Below are positions 1-12,388 of a stretch of DNA of 64,000 nt, piece after piece (position 1 is the stretch's first letter; each line of letters opens with the position of its first letter). The notes under the pieces are model-generated. The model did not search any database. It was not told the origin of the DNA and saw only the letters and a list, made by a program, of their open reading frames with translations. The translations under genes and the position numbers were made by a program. Origin of the DNA: the human T2T-CHM13v2.0 reference genome, Homo sapiens; assembly GCF_009914755.1 (NCBI RefSeq), contig NC_060926.1; one strand, 5' to 3'.

Positions 1-169
1 TTTACCATGTCCTTTATCCACCCTTTTGCACTGTATTATTTTGGGTGTATCACTTAAAGGGCAAACACTTACATTTATTTTCTTTTACTAATGAGAAGCT
101 TTTTCTCTTAAAGAAATGACATTTTCTAAATAATAATAAATATCAAATTTTAATAATTATTGCTTTTGT

Positions 170-1250
170 ACATCACCTTACCCTACATCACCTTTTATAA
201 TTTAAGAAAAGTTACCATATTCCCTTCATGAAAGTTGTGCCATCATTTTATCCTGTCTCCCAGGCCTTCTCCTTCTCTTCCTAATATTTCCAAGAAAATT
301 GACAGCTATTCAGAGATTTCATCTTCAATTTCTTTCTCAGCATTCTTGAATGGATGTTATCCAGGCCAAGAGATTTACATTTTTATAGAGCAACTAAGTG
401 CTCTCTAAAATTATCCTTTCTAAAAATCTTCTTTCTTATCTTAGACTTCATATCACTTTTACCAATGTTGAGTCAAATTTTGTTGTTTGGGGTAGCCATT
501 CACCTTGCCAGAAAAAGCTGAAAATTTGTATAATTTTTGATGATGTGTTAGCAATGAAGCATTATCATAAAGTAAACTGAGCATTGATTTTAGCATTTCT
601 TGTCTTATAATAAATATAATTTAAGAGACCACTATATGTCATTTAATACTTTTTCACAAGAATCATATCATGCTAGTTTTGCTTTACAAAAGTTTTCATA
701 GCTTGCTGCCAATTTATTATAATTACATTTAATTAGCATACTTTCTGTGTCATCTTTTATGTATTTTATTACAATACCTTCAATGACTGGCTCCTTAAAT
801 ACTATTACTGTTTTTTTCTTTCTTAAGATTATTTGTGATCACCTCTTTAGAATTTTATTTCTTAAAGTAATCCATTATCATTAATATGTTTCCTATTAAT
901 TAATTCTATGTTGTCCCATAAATGAGTAAATTTCAGTAAGCATTTTGTTTTTATTTATCTCTATTAAGTTAAAGTTTTTAAAAAAACTTTTCCTGTTGAA
1001 GGCTGTTTATTCGACTAGACCAAAGTAAGCATCCTCAACAATAATAAATTTTAAGAGTTTAGATTGAATTTATGTTAGATTTTCTGTCATTTCAACTTCC
1101 CTGCCAGTTACTTTTCATTGGCTGGAATTAAGTATAGAATAATCCCTCTCATAATTCTCTCTAGCTTCTAAGAGATTAAATTGACTGTAAGGCAAGCCAA
1201 GCATTTGCCAGACTCAGCTTTTAATAGAATTAGTTCTGTGGAAAGTCTGA
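170..1250 (-). mobile_element. Possible highly degraded CR1/L3 LINE fragment
   Basis: Motifs such as 'cagcattcttgaatggatgttatccaggccaagagattt' resemble antisense L3/CR1 RT-region sequence; boundaries approximate. Confidence 0.3.
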
Positions 1251-1690
1251 AAAGATTAAATCATCCTTTTTTATTATATTGTCAGTTTCTTAAACTCTAT
1301 GAGCTTCTGTTTCCTTATCTGTAATACAGAGGTAGTAATATTTTCTCTTGCTTGTGTATTTTCCATTTATTTCAAAGAATAAATGAACCCAAAAATATTG
1401 AGATATTTTGAAAATCTTTAAAAATGCTTTCAACATGCTGTAAGAATTTTATTTTATGTAAGCATTTTGAAAAATAGTTTTGCTTCTTCTAGCCACAAAT
1501 CACACAGGATTATGACTCCTTTTATTTATTTCATCATGTGGAACACACTTAAATAGATAGGTTATCAAACAGATAATTTGCTTTAATATCTATCATATAA
1601 CTATTCACACATAATTAGACTGATTCAATAGTTAACTAATGAATACAATGAGTCAATCTAAGTAATTTATTCAGAATTTAATGCCTACTC

Positions 1691-2214
1691 TGCATGGTAG
1701 AAACAATATATCTCCCCAAAGATGTCCATTTCCTAATGGCCAGAAGATATGTTAGGTTACATGGCAAAGGGGAATAAAGTTGAACATGAAATTAAGGTTG
1801 ATTAGGAACTGATCTTAAAGTAAGGAGATTATCCTAAATTATACAGGTAGACCCAAAGTAATCACAAGAGATCTTAAAAATGGAAGAGGAAGGTGGATGG
1901 AGGAGTTGCAGTCAGAGATACAATGTGAAAACAACTTGGCCCACTATTGCTGGCTGGAGGAAGCTGGTTGGATGGAATAAGAATACCATGGGTCAGGGAA
2001 TTTGGGCAGCCTCAAGAAGCTGAAAGAGCCAGGAATTCAAGTCTCTGTTACAACCTCCAGAAGGAAGGAATGCAAGCCTTACACCACGTTTACTTGAGCC
2101 CAGTGAGAACCATTAAGATTTCTGATGTCCCAAACTGTATAATAACAAGCTTGTGTTGTTTTAAGCCACTACCTCTATGATATTTTGCTTCAGCAGTCAT
2201 GGAAAACTAATACA
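1691..2214 (+). mobile_element. MaLR solo LTR, MLT1D-like
   Basis: Starts 'tgcatggtag...ccccaaagatgtcca...gttacatggcaaagggg' and ends 'gttgttttaagccact...ggaaaactaataca', typical of MLT1. Confidence 0.85.
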
Positions 2215-2701
2215 ACCAATATTAGTTTGTATTAATAGCAACACTACAAAATATCTTCTTTGAATAAAAGCACCTTGGACAACTACATAAACTGGACAAG
2301 CCTGATTGTGGGACTGTGGAAACATATTTCACTGTTGTATTATAAGTGCATTCACTTTGGTAAAATGAACAAATAGAAAAGAGGCAAAACAATTGTCTTA
2401 TGTCTTTTCCAAGACAAGTATTTAAGGTGATTTCCTCCTTGGCAAATCTCTTTCTAGTTGGCATGAAGGACTTTATAGTTTATTGAAAATGCCAAACATT
2501 TAAAATTTGAACATTGAAGATAAAAAAATTCAAGACTCTTCTTGGGTTTTCACTAAGTGGATCTCTAAGGTGTATTTCTCATGAATATCACTACTACCAA
2601 AATGGAAGTTATAGAGATAAGTTAGATGAAATAATAAAATAAAAATAACATGAATATTGGCATAACAATATTACATGCATAAATACTTCCACAGGCACAT
2701 G

Positions 2702-2702
<1 letters not shown>

Positions 2703-2735
<33 letters not shown>
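2703..2735. repeat. (CA)n microsatellite
   Basis: About 16 AC units, seen directly. Confidence 0.97.
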
Positions 2736-2737
<2 letters not shown>

Positions 2738-4215
2738 CGCCAAAGATAAGCTGAAGTAGTTTCATAAAAGAAAGTATTTGGTTGTATAATAACTACTAAA
2801 GTATCTCTAGGAAGTATGAGCTTAGAAAAGTCAGATAGACTTCCTTGGAAGACCAGAAAAAACTTATTTTTAGAAGAAATATTATCATTGTCTAATCAAT
2901 TTACAGTTTATTGTTTCTGATATAACCTTAAGATAATCTCCTAGTGATATTTTAAAATAATTCAATGTTTTCAAATTATTTAGTCTGTCAGATGCATTTT
3001 TTAATTGATTAATATCCATATCATTTAGTAAACCATAAACTTAATAGCAGAAGGGTTCATTATTTTATCTCCAGAGCTCAGGATTTGTGGCAGGGTAAAC
3101 ATCAATGAATATTTGTCTAATGAATATTTTTAATTATAGAATAAGTTCTTAATATTTTTTAGATTATTTTACATTCACTGAGTGTTCCGGATAGAAAAAT
3201 TTCTGCCTTTCAGAAAGCTTGTTCTATACCAAATGACAAAGAATATGAAGACTAATAGTATATAGCTTCTCTGGATGATGTCCAGGAAATACATGTCAAT
3301 CATGAGAAGAAAAAGTACTTCTAGGTTATTCAAACTCGAAATTAGAGACTTCAAAATAAATTACCGGATATCCCAAGTTGTCATCTGAGGTGCAGATATC
3401 TAAGACTTCTGAGACTTTTATGGCATTAGGAACCAGTTTTGTTTCTGATGTCTTCTGTTAAAAAAAAAAGTGCTATTTTAAGATTAGTACTAGAATTTGC
3501 AATGCTATACTATATCTAGAATAAAATAAGTATTATAATAATTCAAACCAATATACAAATTCAAACTGATTTAAAAATGTTGAGGACATTAGGTTTTTAT
3601 GGTATTTTCAAGGGTATTATAAATAAGTTACAACTGGAAAATTATGAATCAATGCAGTCATATTTCAACTGGATTTTATATATGCTTCTTTTTTACTCTA
3701 GAGATAGTGAATAAATGCTTCAAAATGCATATATTCAAATGCGATTTACCTATACATAGGAAATAAAAATAGTAAAAAAAAGCATGTTCACATTGTGAGA
3801 TTACACAGTTTCCAACAAATTTTTTTCATTTTGAAGTATGATTAACAAAGCAAAGACTTTTCTAAATTCAAGGCAATGTACTGAGAAGCAGAATAAATCA
3901 GAAGAACAAAATAACCTAGATATTAAAAAATGAAAGAAATTATAAATAAGTTCCTAAAGTGTATTCTTATGTAATACAATATTTAAATATGTCACATATT
4001 TCCAGGACATATGTTGTGTTTCATAGTGTCAAAGCAGTCAGGGGGAGTAGTTCAAAGAGAAATAAAAATCAGAATTCTGCTTAGTAATACAATCAGTTGA
4101 TTGCATTTTACACAACTCCTCTCTTTGCCTTATTTCTTGTAAGTAAATGTACAATGTCTTTTTATCAAATTTATAGCCAACTGTAACTGATAAATGCACA
4201 TAAATTGTATGGATA

Positions 4216-5836
4216 TGTCACAGGATACTTTAGGTGCCGCTTCACTAGCCAAAAACCTCTGTGGCCAGCAGCACCTTCTACCTGAGTATTTTTCACACCT
4301 GCTGTGTTCATTCCACCTACTTGGCCTGGCAGGCTGCTCTCAGCTCGTGCTACCGACCCAGATCCCACATTTACCAAGGGCACGTCAGGCGCGGAGTGGC
4401 AAGGGGCGTGTGGGTGAGTGAGTGCAGGCTCTGGCCACTGCGCACAACCAGACACACTGGCTGCTGCGGCAGAGTAGGCAGCTCCAGACACTGGCACAGG
4501 TACCAGCTCCATGTGAGGCTGAGGCTGGACCAGACGTATTCCACGTGGCTTCCACTGTGGGCACTTCCATCTGGAGGAGGGGAACATGATGCCCCCACAA
4601 GCTTGGAGACACCAGGATCCACAGAACCCTAAAGAGGGTGTCACAGCCCTGCCTCCGGGAGCCCCCAGGGCTCCCCAAAGGGCTGCAGCTCTTCTCTCCT
4701 TCTCGCCGCCTGTAATATGGCGAGTGGGGGAAGCGTGTTTCAGCCCTGTTTGTATTACAGCTCTTTTATTCCTACCATTCAGCAGGTACTCAGTTCTTGT
4801 CCTGCATCCAGGAACCATGAGATATGTGGACAACTGGAGGGTGAGCAAGGCAGAGAGGAGCTTCATTCAGTGGCAGAAGAGCTCTCAGGAGACCCCAAAT
4901 GGGTAGCTCCTATGCGCGAGCAGGTTATCCTAATGTCTACAGCTCTCAGCAGAGAGGAGACCTGAAGTGGGTAGCTCCTATCCACAGGCAGGATGTGCCA
5001 ATGAGTCTATTCAGCTCTCAGGTGATAGGAGACCAACAGTGGGTAGGTAGCCCCTCTCTGCAGGCAGGTCATACTGACATCTGCACAAGTCTGGCTGAGT
5101 CCAGAGATTTTTATGGGCTTTAGAAGGGAGGAAGTGTGTGCAGATTGGTCCATGGGCGGCCATGGGTGGGCCCGGAAAAGGCACCGTAAGTTCTCATTTG
5201 GATTCGCGAAACTGACAGCCTGGCCCCCAGGCCTCAGGCTATCCCTGGCCTAGAGGTGGGGTTTCACTGGGGACCTACTCCTTTTTGCCTGGGAGCCTAT
5301 CTGTCTCCTGCCACCATCCACAGCTCCCAGGCTGTTTCTGCCGAGGGGCACCTGAAGGCCCACGCTGAGCCATTCTGAGTTCCCCTTAGGCTGCCTTCCC
5401 ATGCACGTTGGTGCCCAAAGTCCAGAGGGGGCCAAGGTGGCAGGGATCTGGCGGGTCAACACTGCCCAGAACATGTTCACACCCAGTCTGGTTGTGACAG
5501 CACCAGGGCTTGGCCTCAAATTTGCTCTGAAATCTGAGCAAGTGCCAACAGTGGGGAGAGGCCAGTCAGCGGGAGCAGGCACTTTTGAGCCTGTGGGGAA
5601 AAAGGGGCTTCCTGGACCCTTCTGAGTGCAGAGATGCCCAGGACCACAGCCACAGCTGGGTGGATGTAACTGTTCTTGGGAAGGTGAGGCTACCACCCCT
5701 CCAACTCAGGAGGCAGGGGTCCCGCCTGCTCCTAGCTCCAACCGGCTCTGTGGAGCACGTAGCAGCAGCTTCACCACCCCAAATGCAGCCACCATCATGG
5801 CAGCAGCGACTTCAGATGGGCTGCCACTGCCCATCA
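4216..5836 (-). mobile_element. 3' LTR of provirus (MER52-like)
   Basis: Ends tgtca...catca; GC-rich; AATAAA on minus strand (tttatt near 4765-4770); internal repeats of 'cagctctcag...agacc...gggtag'. Confidence 0.88.
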
Positions 5837-5848
5837 ATTCCCTCTCTG
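5837..5848 (-). other. Polypurine tract (PPT)
   Basis: Minus strand reads agagagggaat immediately before the LTR start TGATGG. Confidence 0.7.
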
Positions 5849-5957
5849 AAGAGGTACGTTTAACTGCTGTTAGGATAGGGACAATGACTGCTCTTAACTG
5901 CTTCATGCTGACAGGGGGCATTGTTTTGAGGAAAACGGCAGTCAGACCTTCTGTGAA

Positions 5958-6041
5958 AGGCCTATCTAAGGGTCCCCAGTAAGAGGGAGCCATTGTCCAA
6001 GGTTCCATTTGCATGACCATTTGGAGTTTGATGGCCTGAAG
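5958..6041 (-). pseudogene. env: env TM cytoplasmic-tail remnant (HERV-W/ERV9-like)
   Basis: ORF 5706..6134 encodes LQAIKLQMVMQMEP...YWGPLDRP, matching the recalled HERV-W Env C-terminus (EAVKLQMVLQMEP...YRRPLDRP), at the expected position before the PPT. Confidence 0.75.
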
Positions 6042-8489
6042 ATGAAAGAGACAAACCGTGATATTAGAAGACAGGAATAAAAACAAAACAAGGGGTAAGG
6101 ACAGCTCAAAAATAGTGAGGCTGCTGACACACACAGAATTAGAATATTGATTCAGATTTGTACATTACCTCTCCCTTTTGTCTCTTCTAAACTTCAGTCA
6201 GTGATCAGTGGTTAGTTCACAGGAATAAGCAAGGTTAGTCTAAAATGCAAACCAAAGATTGACAAAAAAAAATTAGTTTTTTTCTTTGCTTTACAGTAAC
6301 TTAACATAGTAACCCTAATTATGATTGATAGCATGTACTCAGATATTTGACTTTTAGAACTCCCATACAATTTTGGAACATATATTAATATTATTCACTA
6401 AAATATAACCTGAAGAAGATTAAAACTCATTTTAATTTTGACCCTCTCGTGTAACTAAACATGTGAAATATTCCTGTTTTTGGATGCTCCAGTGGCCCTC
6501 CATCACATCCCAAACTTACGGGTTAGAGAAGCCAATTTCAAAGCTGAAATTTGATTTTGGGAAGCCTAGCAAATACGTTAAAGCTTTAAAACACTTGATA
6601 TCATGAAATAGAATTCCAGGTTTCCATAAGACATTTATTTAGCTAAAATGATGACTCCAAAAAAACAAGGCAAAAAACCTTACTCATTGAGAGGGAAGAC
6701 TTAGCTTTCTGAATAATCTTTCTCCGGTCTTTCTCTTCTTTTTTCAGCAGTTTATTCACAAGGCAAATAAAAATCTTTCATTATCCTTTAACATTACATG
6801 AAATTCTCGTTCAAGAGAAAGAAAGCCAAATTTCACCCTTGCATTAGTCTATTATTAATATCAACCCCAATTTTTCAATGAAATCCTATAGACAAATCTG
6901 TCAAATCTTAATCAGTTTGACCATGAGGTGATATTCTTATAAGTCTTTTATAACACTTAACAAATTTTTGCTAAAGAGCAGATTAGTGCCTTAAGAAACC
7001 TTTTTTGTGCTTTTATTCAAATGTTCAAATTACAGAAAAACCAAATAACAACCTTTTAAATTTACTCAATATGTTCACACACAGAATTGCTTTTACAAAA
7101 TTAACATTTATGAACCTTCCACAACTTGATTAAACCTTTTACTTTATCTTATATAATTTAAAACAATCCTTTAACCCTATAAAATAGGAGAAAATTGACA
7201 TTCCCATGCCTTCTTATAATCTTTTACAAAAGACACATTTTATTTTCCTTACACACCTTACATGTAAATCTATTTTTAGTAGTCTCAACAACATGTTATA
7301 ATAGTAACTCTTACCAATGTTTAATTCTGGTGTAAAACCTAGAAAGTTATTTTAATTATGCCCTAGGTGCAGATGAGGTCTGACTCTTTCCAGCATAGTT
7401 AGGGGTGTGGTTAAGTTCATATGTCCCCAGGCCTTACCAAACTGTAAAGCAGGCAAGCCAAACAGTTTTCAAAAGCCAAAGAAGCAGTTTATGACCTTAA
7501 AGCATTTAGCAAACCTAGTTTCTTACCTGCATGATTTAGACTACATGTCTACATTTCTAAGACATTTTTATTTTACCAATAATTTTTAAAGCTGTTTTGA
7601 ATTTTCCAAAAATTAAACTCACATTAATTAAAAGGCATTGCAGCTTTATTTTTCTTTAAAATTTGATTTAAGCATGCATTTTTTCTTAAGACAATCAATA
7701 AGAGGTCATTTTCATATAAACATCACACATATAACCCATATATAACTACACAGAGAGACAGAAAAATATTCAGTAGTTGTAAAATTTTTCATTTGCCAAA
7801 GTCTTAATTGTATTACTGGCCTCAAGGTGGAGCCCTTCAAGAAACAGGGCTAGGAAAACCTGCAGTTTATAGGTGCCTAATAATCAGGCATGGTGGAAAG
7901 ACTAAAACAGGTTTTGAGAGGGATCCATCAACCTCTAATTCCTGGGGTCCAATGAGGAAAACAGGTTTTTTTTTTCCCAATATGGGGTCAGTGGCACCTC
8001 CTCTGTTTGTCTCAAGGAGTTCCAGGCCATCAGAATATATCTTAGGGCCTCTCATGTGTGCATTAAGAGTGGCAAGACAAAATGGAGAGAAATAATTGAG
8101 TCAACTGAGAGGAAACAAACCTTTTTTCAGAAAAACAAGGTCCATGAAGAGAAATGGTATAAAGGCCTTTTGAATAGACATACAACTTTGATATCCACAT
8201 TAAGTTAAGGTGACTTTTAACCATATCACTTCTTTTTTAAGAATTCCTTTTAAATCCCTACTACCCAACCTTAGCCATGCCAAATGGCCAATACTTCTGA
8301 CTTTGAACTCATGGAGGAGCAGAGAATACAGTGATTTTTACTATTCCCACAACCAGTTTGCACAAAGAGAACCCAGAAGTCTAACTGCTAAGAACTTTTA
8401 CCCTTTTGCTGGCATGTCAGGCTTCTAGTTTCCCTTTCCCCTAGCGATGGATGGCCTCTTCAAGAGATTGCCAAGCAGCTTAATGTTCG

Positions 8490-10050
8490 GGGAAATTAAA
8501 TGTTTCCCAGTTTGGGGGATGCATCTGAGGAGTGTCCTGTGGTACAGATATGTGATTCCATAAAGAGAGGACAGAAGAGGATAACAGAAAAAAGTTTTTT
8601 TTTTCTTTCTCCAGAGTCTGAGGGTCAAGAAAATTCCAATGATTAAGGATGCACTCAAGAGGAGTGAATGCTGAAGATGATTGGTTATCCATCTGGAAAG
8701 AGGGGAAAGAGGTGTCCCTTTGTTCCTTTCTGTTTCCAGCAAATACCAAAGATACATGAGGGAAAGAAATAAAGGTGTCCCCTTCTTTCTTATAACTTTA
8801 TATTCCCAAATCCTGGCGACCTTTGCAAGTGTCAACCATGGGTGCAAGTGTGACCTTCACTCATGAAGTGGGGAGGCCTAGTGGGTAGGAATATTCACAC
8901 TTACTTTTATGCACTGCCCTATCCTCCCACTGTTGGGAACATTTGCATGCTAGCATGACCTCGATCCACAAATTGGGAGGGCTTAATTTTCAGGAATTAG
9001 TTATGCTCACCTGCACCATGCCCCTTTACTTCTGCCATCATCTCTCTCTGGGTCCCTCAGGTCTAGCTTTGCATTTCAGGGCTTCAACATGAAGCTTGCA
9101 TTGTCTCAGGAATGTGGATGGACTCATTAAATTAAGTTTCAGGTGGCCCTCACCAAATTGCTGCCAGCAACTGGTGGGGCAGACCTTCCATTGCTTCCCT
9201 GTCATAAGCAGATGAAGCAATGGGACCAGGTCCTCCTCAAACAAGAGAATGAAAGGGAGTCCTTGGAATTGGTGACCTGACCTAATAAGGTGCTTTCCAA
9301 AAGGAAACAAACAAACAAACAAAAACCTGACCCCTCACATAGAAAATTCCTTGTATTTGCAGGACTATGCTGACTCCTGACATGGTGTAGGGAAAAAAAA
9401 AAGAAAAACAAGAAAAAAACCTTAAGTTCAGGGGAGGGGCTTGCAGAGTGGCTTGCTTTTCAGCAGTACTCAAGGTTTGATTCAAATGTAGTACGACATA
9501 ATTCCAGCAGAGTTCAAATACTTAGGTTAAGTCCTGGAAAGCCTTTATATGCCTATGAAGTTCATCTGAAAACTTGCCAAGATTCCCCCTTACTTTGCCT
9601 TAAGTCCTGTTGAGAAAAGGGTACCTGGATCTTCACTGGGCCATATTCACCAGGCATCTGTTGCAGGGGCAGGAGTGAGACTGACCTGACTAAAATGAGG
9701 ATTTCTAGGTTGAGCCAAGCTTGAGAGACAACCTGGATAAGAAGGAGCAAATGGAGTTGACTCCCCCACTGGAGGTACCTCTTGGGTTTGCTTCCTTAGT
9801 GCCCTGGGATTGCCCCTTGCAGCATCTCCTTTTATGGCCACTGGAAGGCTGAATCAATACTGCATTGACAAAAGTCCGCATTACACTGCAAGGCAAAGAA
9901 GGCCTGCACACATGGGACCTTAGACCATTTGCTCTTGTGTTTATGCAAAAGGTCCATTTGCAGGATGATATTGAAATTAATGATTCCTTCCTGAAGCCAT
10001 GCTTCATTCCTGTGCCTCAAGGTGCTTGGCACTAAGTTGGCAACCAAGGA
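8490..10050 (-). pseudogene. gag: Fragmented gag remnants (matrix and capsid N-terminus)
   Basis: Translations MDNQSS..TPLECILNHWNFLDPQTL, EAWLQEGIINFNIILQMDL..KWSKVPCVQAFFAL and PLQQMPGEYGPVKIQVPFSQQDLRQ resemble HERV-W/HUERS Gag; frameshifts and stops present. Confidence 0.78.
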
Positions 10051-10682
10051 AATGACAATAACATTTCTGCCACAAATTTATGTAAAGATACCAAGGCACA
10101 CTTTGCTTTCTCTGTGCTACTCTTAAACTTTGATTTTACACTCCTGATGGCCAAGCCAACTGCCCATTCTACCCAGTAATATCATCTCTATGATTTGCAA
10201 GAACACCCTTAACATTGTATGCAAAGAAGAGGATAGCAACCACGGCAGTCTTGAAAGAAAGAAAAAAAAGAAATTCCAATAAGAAAGACTGAAGGTCTGA
10301 GTGCTGACACCCTAATGAACTCCTGTCAGGGACTGGAGCAGGTCTAGGGGCCTTCAGGCAACACTGAGGTGTGACCTCAGCCAGATGCCCTTATTTGCCC
10401 CAGGACCTTATTCTGATCTCATACGATGGCTAGACCTCCATGAAAGGAAAATGTATTGGAAAAAGCCAACAGGCCAATCCCCGAGGGTAATGGGGGATTC
10501 ACGACAATGTCCTCCCCAGCAAGCCTGTCCTCCGTGTCTTAAGTCTGGCAGCCGTGCTAGTCACTTTTAACTGGCTGACAGAGGCCCAGTATTTTTCTTT
10601 CATTTTAGCTTTTGTGGAATTTAGGGACTTTGAAAAAAACAGGATAGAAAGCAGCAAGTTTATTTTATCTACACTTTTGCAG

Positions 10683-10700
10683 ATCCCAGATGTGCTGGCA
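10683..10700 (-). other. Degenerate primer-binding site, tRNA-Pro type
   Basis: Minus strand TGCCAGCACATCTGGGAT matches 12/18 to TGGGGGCTCGTCCGGGAT, 4 nt after the 5' LTR; two mismatches are at CpG sites. Confidence 0.5.
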
Positions 10701-10704
10701 AAAA

Positions 10705-12020
10705 TGTCATGGGATCCTTGGGGTGTCATTTCTCTGGCCAGAAATCTTTGTGGCTGGCGGCACCTTCTGCCTGAATATTGCTTTCACTTGCTGGGTTCAT
10801 TCTGCCCACTTGGCCCATGAGGCTGCGCTCAGCTTGCACTACCTACCTGGATCCCACACCTGCTAAAGGCAAGCCAGGTGTGGAACGATGAGGGGTGTGT
10901 GGTCATCAAGTACAGGGTCTGTCCTGTGCACAGCCAGATACCCTGGCTGCTGTGGTGGGGCGGGCAGCTCCAGGCTCTGGCTCTGTGAGAGGCTGCTGCT
11001 GGACCAGATGTACTGCACGTGGTTTCCACTGCAGGCACCCGCATCTGGACAAGGGGAACTTGGTGGTTCCCGGAAGCTTGGAGATGCCAGGTACCACAGA
11101 ACCCCAAAGAGGATGTCACAGCCTTGACTCAGGGAGCCCCGAAGTTTGAGCTCCCCAAAGGGCTGCAGCTCTTCTTCTTCTTGTTGCCTGCAAGGTGGTG
11201 AGTGGAGTGGCTTGTTTTAGCCTGCTTGTGTTACAGCTCTTTGAGTCCTGACATTTGGCAGGTCCCAAGTTCTTGTCTGGTGTCTAGGAAGAATGAGATA
11301 CATGGACAACTGCAGGGTGAGCAAGGCAGAAAGGGGCTTTATTGAGCAGCAGTAAAGGTTTCAGGAGACCCGAAGTGAGGACCTCCTCTCCACAGGCAGG
11401 TCATCCCAACATCTGCCCATGTCTGGCTGAGTCCAGGATTTTTACTGGCTTCAGAAGGGAGGAAGTGGGTCCTGATTGGTCCATGGGCAACCATGGGTGG
11501 GCCTGGAAAAAACACCATAAGTTCTTATTTGGGTCTCTGGAACTGGCAGCCCAGCTCCCAGGCCTCACACTGTCCCTGGCCTGAATGTAGGGTTTCACTG
11601 GGGACTCACCCCATTTTGCTTGGGAGCCTGCATGCCTCCTGCTGCCATCCATGACATCCAGGCTATTCATGCCAAGGGGCACCTGCAGGCCCACACGGAG
11701 CCATCCTCAGTTCTCCCTCTGCCTCACTCCCATGCTCACTGATGCCCGAAGTCTGGAGGGAGCCAAGGCATCAGGGGTGTGGCATTTCCATGCTGCCCCG
11801 AGTGTGCACACATCCCTCTGAATTGTGACAGCATCTGGGTTTGGCCCCATCTTTGCTCCGAAATCAAAGCGGTTGCTGAGAGCGAGAAAAGGCCAGGCAG
11901 CAGGAGCAGACACTTCCAAGCCTGTTAGGAGGGGGCTTCCTGGACCCGCTAGAATGCAGAGATTCTCGGGTCCACGGCCACAGCTCTTTTAGTTATTCAA
12001 ACCGGCTACCACTGCCATCG
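10705..12020 (-). mobile_element. 5' LTR of provirus (MER52-like)
   Basis: Colinear with 4216-5836 (tgtcatgggatccttggggtgtc...actgccatcg) and about 300 bp shorter. Confidence 0.88.
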
Positions 12021-12039
12021 GATATATATATATATATAG

Positions 12040-12074
<35 letters not shown>

Positions 12075-12388
12075 TATATATATATATATATATATAGTTA
12101 TATATATATATAGTTATATATATATATAGTTATATATATATATAGTTATATATATATAGTTGTTATATATATAGTTATATATATATAGTTATATATATAT
12201 AGTTATATATATAGTTATATATATATAGTTATATATATATAGTTATATATATAGTTATATATATATAGTTATATATATATAGTTTTATATATATATAGTT
12301 ATATATAGTAATATATATAGTTATATATAGTAATACATATTTATATACAGTAATATATATTTATATATAGTAATATATATATATAGTA
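12021..12388. repeat. Interrupted (TA)n / (TATATATAGT)n repeat
   Basis: About 370 bp of TA with periodic GT interruptions, seen directly. Confidence 0.97.

Larger units (their letters stand above)
4216..12020 (-). mobile_element. ERV1 provirus, MER52/HUERS-P-like (MER4 group), two LTRs, non-autonomous
   Basis: Homologous LTRs at 4216-5836 and 10705-12020, 4-bp TSD GATA (4212-4215 and 12021-12024), PPT next to the 3' LTR, degenerate PBS next to the 5' LTR, gag and env remnants inside. Confidence 0.88.

Noticed and set aside
4880-5070. Repeat-spacer-like units (also at about 40830-41110) resembling a CRISPR array
   Set aside because: Degenerate internal tandem repeats of the MER52 LTR in primate DNA; no cas genes and no unique spacers.
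4171-5982. Many overlapping 75-231 aa ORFs
   Set aside because: They lie in a GC-rich LTR with few stop codons and show no domain similarity; the same pattern appears in the other two MER52 LTRs.
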